Source: Eledone cirrhosa (Eukaryota). From it: a stretch of DNA of 64,000 bases. Of the stretch, positions 1 through 64,000 are shown piece after piece (position 1 is the first letter of the stretch; each line of letters starts with the position of its first letter). The translations under genes and the position numbers were made by a program. A model generated the notes under the pieces. That model had not been told where the DNA came from. It ran no database searches and worked only from the letters and a program-made list of their open reading frames with translations. Where the stretch lies: contig OZ024764.1 in NCBI GenBank assembly GCA_964016885.1, forward strand, positions 248,001 to 312,000, written 5' to 3'.

Positions 1-13
1 TATGTCCATGTAA

Positions 14-46
<33 letters not shown>

Positions 47-114
47 TATATATACATATATATATATATATATAGATATATATATATATATTTATGTATA
101 TACACATGCACACT

Positions 115-192
115 CAGGGTGTCCCAAAAAATGTATACACACTTCAAAAGCATTCTGATCAGAGTATGTATACATTATTTTGGAACACCCTA
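115..192. mobile_element. Tiny Tc1/mariner-type MITE
   Basis: Terminal inverted repeats CAGGGTGTCCCAAAAAATGTATACA / TGTATACATTATTTTGGAACACCCTA next to TA. Confidence 0.5.
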
Positions 193-464
193 TATATATG
201 TTATAGTGTTTGTTCCAACCTCCAGTCAGTACAGAGTTCAAATCCCAGGAAAGGAAAGATATGATGGTAAAGGTTTCTACTTTAGACACAAGGGGGGGGG
301 GGGGGGGGGTCGATTAAATTGACCCTTAGTGTATTACTGGTACTTTATTTTATCAAGCCCTGTAAGGATGAACGGCAAAGCTAACCTCAGCGGGATTTGA
401 ACTCGGAACGTAAAGGGACGTAACTATGCGATAAAGCATTGATATATGATAATAGTTTTGTCAA

Positions 465-1720
465 GGAGGTTTCTAGGGGTTCTTTAATGACAGGGACCCC
501 AGTCCTATGTTGTTACAGTTCACACCTATGTAGGTCTAGCTGGTCTCCTATAAGGTTGTATCTCATACGAGGTTTCTAGGGGTGTTTTAATGACAGGGGC
601 CCCAGTCCTATGTAGGTTTAGCTGGTCTCCTACAAGGTTGTATCTGATAGAAGGTTTCTAGGGGTGTTTTAATGATAGGGGCCCCAGTCCTATCATGTTA
701 CAGCTCACACCTATGTAGGTTTAGCTGGTCTCCTATAAGGTTGTATCTCATAGGAAGTTCCTTGGATATTTTAATGATAGGGGCCCCAGTCCTCCTGTGA
801 AGTATCTCATAGGAGGTTTCTTGGGTATTTTAATGATAGGGGCCCCAGTCCTCGTGTGAAGTTGTATCTCATAGGAGGTTTCTTGGCTATTTTAATGATA
901 GGGGCCCCAGTCCTCCTGTGAAGTTGTATCTAATAGGAGGTTTCTTGGCTATTTTAATGATAGGGGCCCCAGTCCTCCTGTGAAGTTGTATCTCATAGGA
1001 GGTTTCTTGGATATTTTAATGATAGGGGCCCCAGTCTTCCTGTGAAGTTGTATCTCATAGGAGGTTTCTTGGGTATTTTAATGATAGGGGCCCCAGTCCT
1101 CCTGTGAAGTTGTATCTCATAGGAGGTTTCTTGGCTATTTTAATGATAGGGGCCCCAGTCTTCCTGTGAAGTTGTATCTCATAGGAGGTTTCTTGGGTAT
1201 TTTAATGATAGGGGCCCCAGTCCTCCTGTGAAGTTGTATCTCATAGGAGGTTCCTTGGGTATTTTAATGATAGGGGCCCCAGTCCTCCTGTGAAGTTGTA
1301 TCTCATAGGAGGTTTCTTGGGTATTTTAATGATAGGGGCCCCAGTCTTCCTGTGAAGTTGTATCTCATAGGAGGTTTCTTGGGTATTTTAATGATAGGGG
1401 CCCCAGTTGTATCATGTTACAGCTCACACCTATGTAGGTTTATCTGGCTTCCTACAAGGTTGTATCTCAGGAGGTTCCTTGAGTATTTTAATAATAGTGA
1501 CCCTATTCCTATCATGTTGCTGTTGTTACAACTGTCACCTATGTAGGGTTTATCTGGCCTCATATGCTGTTGTATCTCATAAGAGGTTTCTTGGGTGTTT
1601 TAATGATAGGGACCCCAGTCCTTCTAAGAAGTTGTATCTCATAGGAGGTTCCTTGGGTATTTTAATGATGGGGACCCCAGTGTTCCTATGAACTTGTATC
1701 TCATAGGAGGTTTCTCGAAT
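465..1720. repeat. 62-bp minisatellite with diverged flanking units
   Basis: Unit GGCCCCAGTCCTCCTGTGAAGTTGTATCTCATAGGAGGTTTCTTGGGTATTTTAATGATAGG, about 10 homogeneous copies at 780-1407. Confidence 0.9.
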
Positions 1721-2123
1721 ATGTTTCCTTATAAAAGGGGACTGACGCATGGCCAATGGTGGATTCAAACAAACGTGAAATGAAGTGTCTTGCTGAAGGA
1801 GACAACCCAGCACAATGTGCTGCTCAGTCCCGGGAATTGAACCCACACATTGCTAATCCAATCACCATAACTACTAAACACTAGGCCATGCATCCTTCAT
1901 GATTTAGGATGAAGGGAGAGGACTGAGGTGTAGGGGTAACAGAGACCCACCCGAGAGAGAGAGAGACAGAGAGAGCGAGAGAGAGAAAGAAAGCAATGTA
2001 CCAAGAATAACAAGATGGCAGGAGGTGAAGGTAGAGATGGCGAATGATGGGAAGGTGTGAGAGTGAGAGGTGTCGTCTAAGGTGTATGTTGCTAGGCAAT
2101 GCTAGCAAGGGGTAGAAAGCAGA

Positions 2124-62403
<60,280 letters not shown>

Positions 62404-62474
62404 CTACAGATAGATAGACATTCAGAAAGTTACTAACAATTGGTCCATGACATATTAGCTATATATATATATAT

Positions 62475-62946
<472 letters not shown>

Positions 62947-62995
62947 TCCTAGACTCTGTTTTGAAATCCATATCTCACTTCCATTTTAAATAAAA

Positions 62996-63066
62996 TTCAT
63001 TCTGGTGATTGAAGGCAGACGTATGTGCTAAACTCGTCTGTCTTCGTGAAACCTTTGGTAAATGAA
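62996..63066 (+). ncRNA. Hammerhead motif with one core substitution (CUGGUGA)
   Basis: TTCATT-CTGGTGA-TTGAAGGCAGACG..CGTCTGTCTTCGT-GAAACCtttGGTA-AATGAA. Confidence 0.55.
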
Positions 63067-63094
63067 ATAATTATATCTTATGTTGTTTATTACA

Positions 63095-63139
<45 letters not shown>

Positions 63140-64000
63140 TATTTTCCGTAGTGTTGTAATATAAATATTACACACAGTAGATGGACAGCTCACGTAGTTT
63201 GCTCGACGATTCCAGTTGTAGTTCCAAACGTAATCCGGAGAAAAATAGAAGGATTTAAATGGATACAGTTTAGTTGAAAGGAATTTATTGACACGTGTTT
63301 CTATAACAGTTACATAACCTGAAAACAGCTGCTATCTACAAAGTATTAGTTATGCAGACATTCAATATTTCAATGTTATTATCAACTGTCATTTCATCGG
63401 AATAATTTTACTGAGGACCTGTTTGGTTTTTATAGAGAATATTAGGAGGGAGGGGTGAAGTTGTTAGAAGAATAGTTGAGGGAGTGGTTTTTTGATAGCA
63501 GTGAGAATTTTTGGTGGCAGTGAGTAATTAGATTCCCATCTGTTGTTTTGAAATTTTTATAGAATATATTATTGGTTATTTTTCTAAATCTATAGAAGGA
63601 TTAGAGATAGTATAAATATGCGTGGTTGGTTTTGGTTTTGCACTTAATTAACATTCAGACTTAAATTTTTCTTTCAAGTGTACGTATCCTTTCGCCCACG
63701 CATTCACACACAAACATATATGCACACCTCTACAAAATACATATACTCACATACACATACTTACATGCTCATACTTACATACATATACACATGCATACAT
63801 ATATATATATACACATATAATATATAGTAAGAAACACAGTAAACCGTGTGTCTAAAATTACAAGGGTTGAAAAACCACATATGCTTGAAATATTTAACCA
63901 AGAAACAGACAGAATGACAAAATGAAAATAAAAATATATTATCATAATAATACAAACCGCCTCAATAACCATTATATCTCTCGGACAGATTATCCCTAAT

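Overview
Eukaryotic, extremely repeat-rich genomic DNA; the repeat content (tRNA-derived SINEs with RTE tails, RTE LINEs, long (TA)n/(CA)n tracts) suggests a cephalopod/octopus-like genome (inference). One protein-coding gene spans the window on the minus strand: the 3' part of a ULK1/ULK2 (Atg1/unc-51) autophagy kinase. I reconstructed it by hand as 18 GT-AG exons with consistent phases (2083 coding nt, about 693 aa), running from the end of the kinase domain through the LIR motif and S/P-rich linker to the C-terminal MIT/EAT domain and the stop at 2124. Nearly all long ORFs in the track are artefacts of micro- and minisatellites. The introns hold SINEs, RTE/R4-like/Tx1-like LINE fragments, mariner and maT transposons and TTAA MITEs. 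Main observations: (1) about 15 type I hammerhead ribozyme motifs from several Penelope-like repeat families, with solitary intact copies mostly antisense to the gene and sense copies mostly locked in foldbacks; (2) tandem amplification of internal segments of several unrelated TEs into satellites, with unamplified and hybrid precursors in the same window; (3) tandem arrays of decoy splice sites copied from the gene's own exon boundaries; (4) an intronic ETS-CRE/GC-box cluster.
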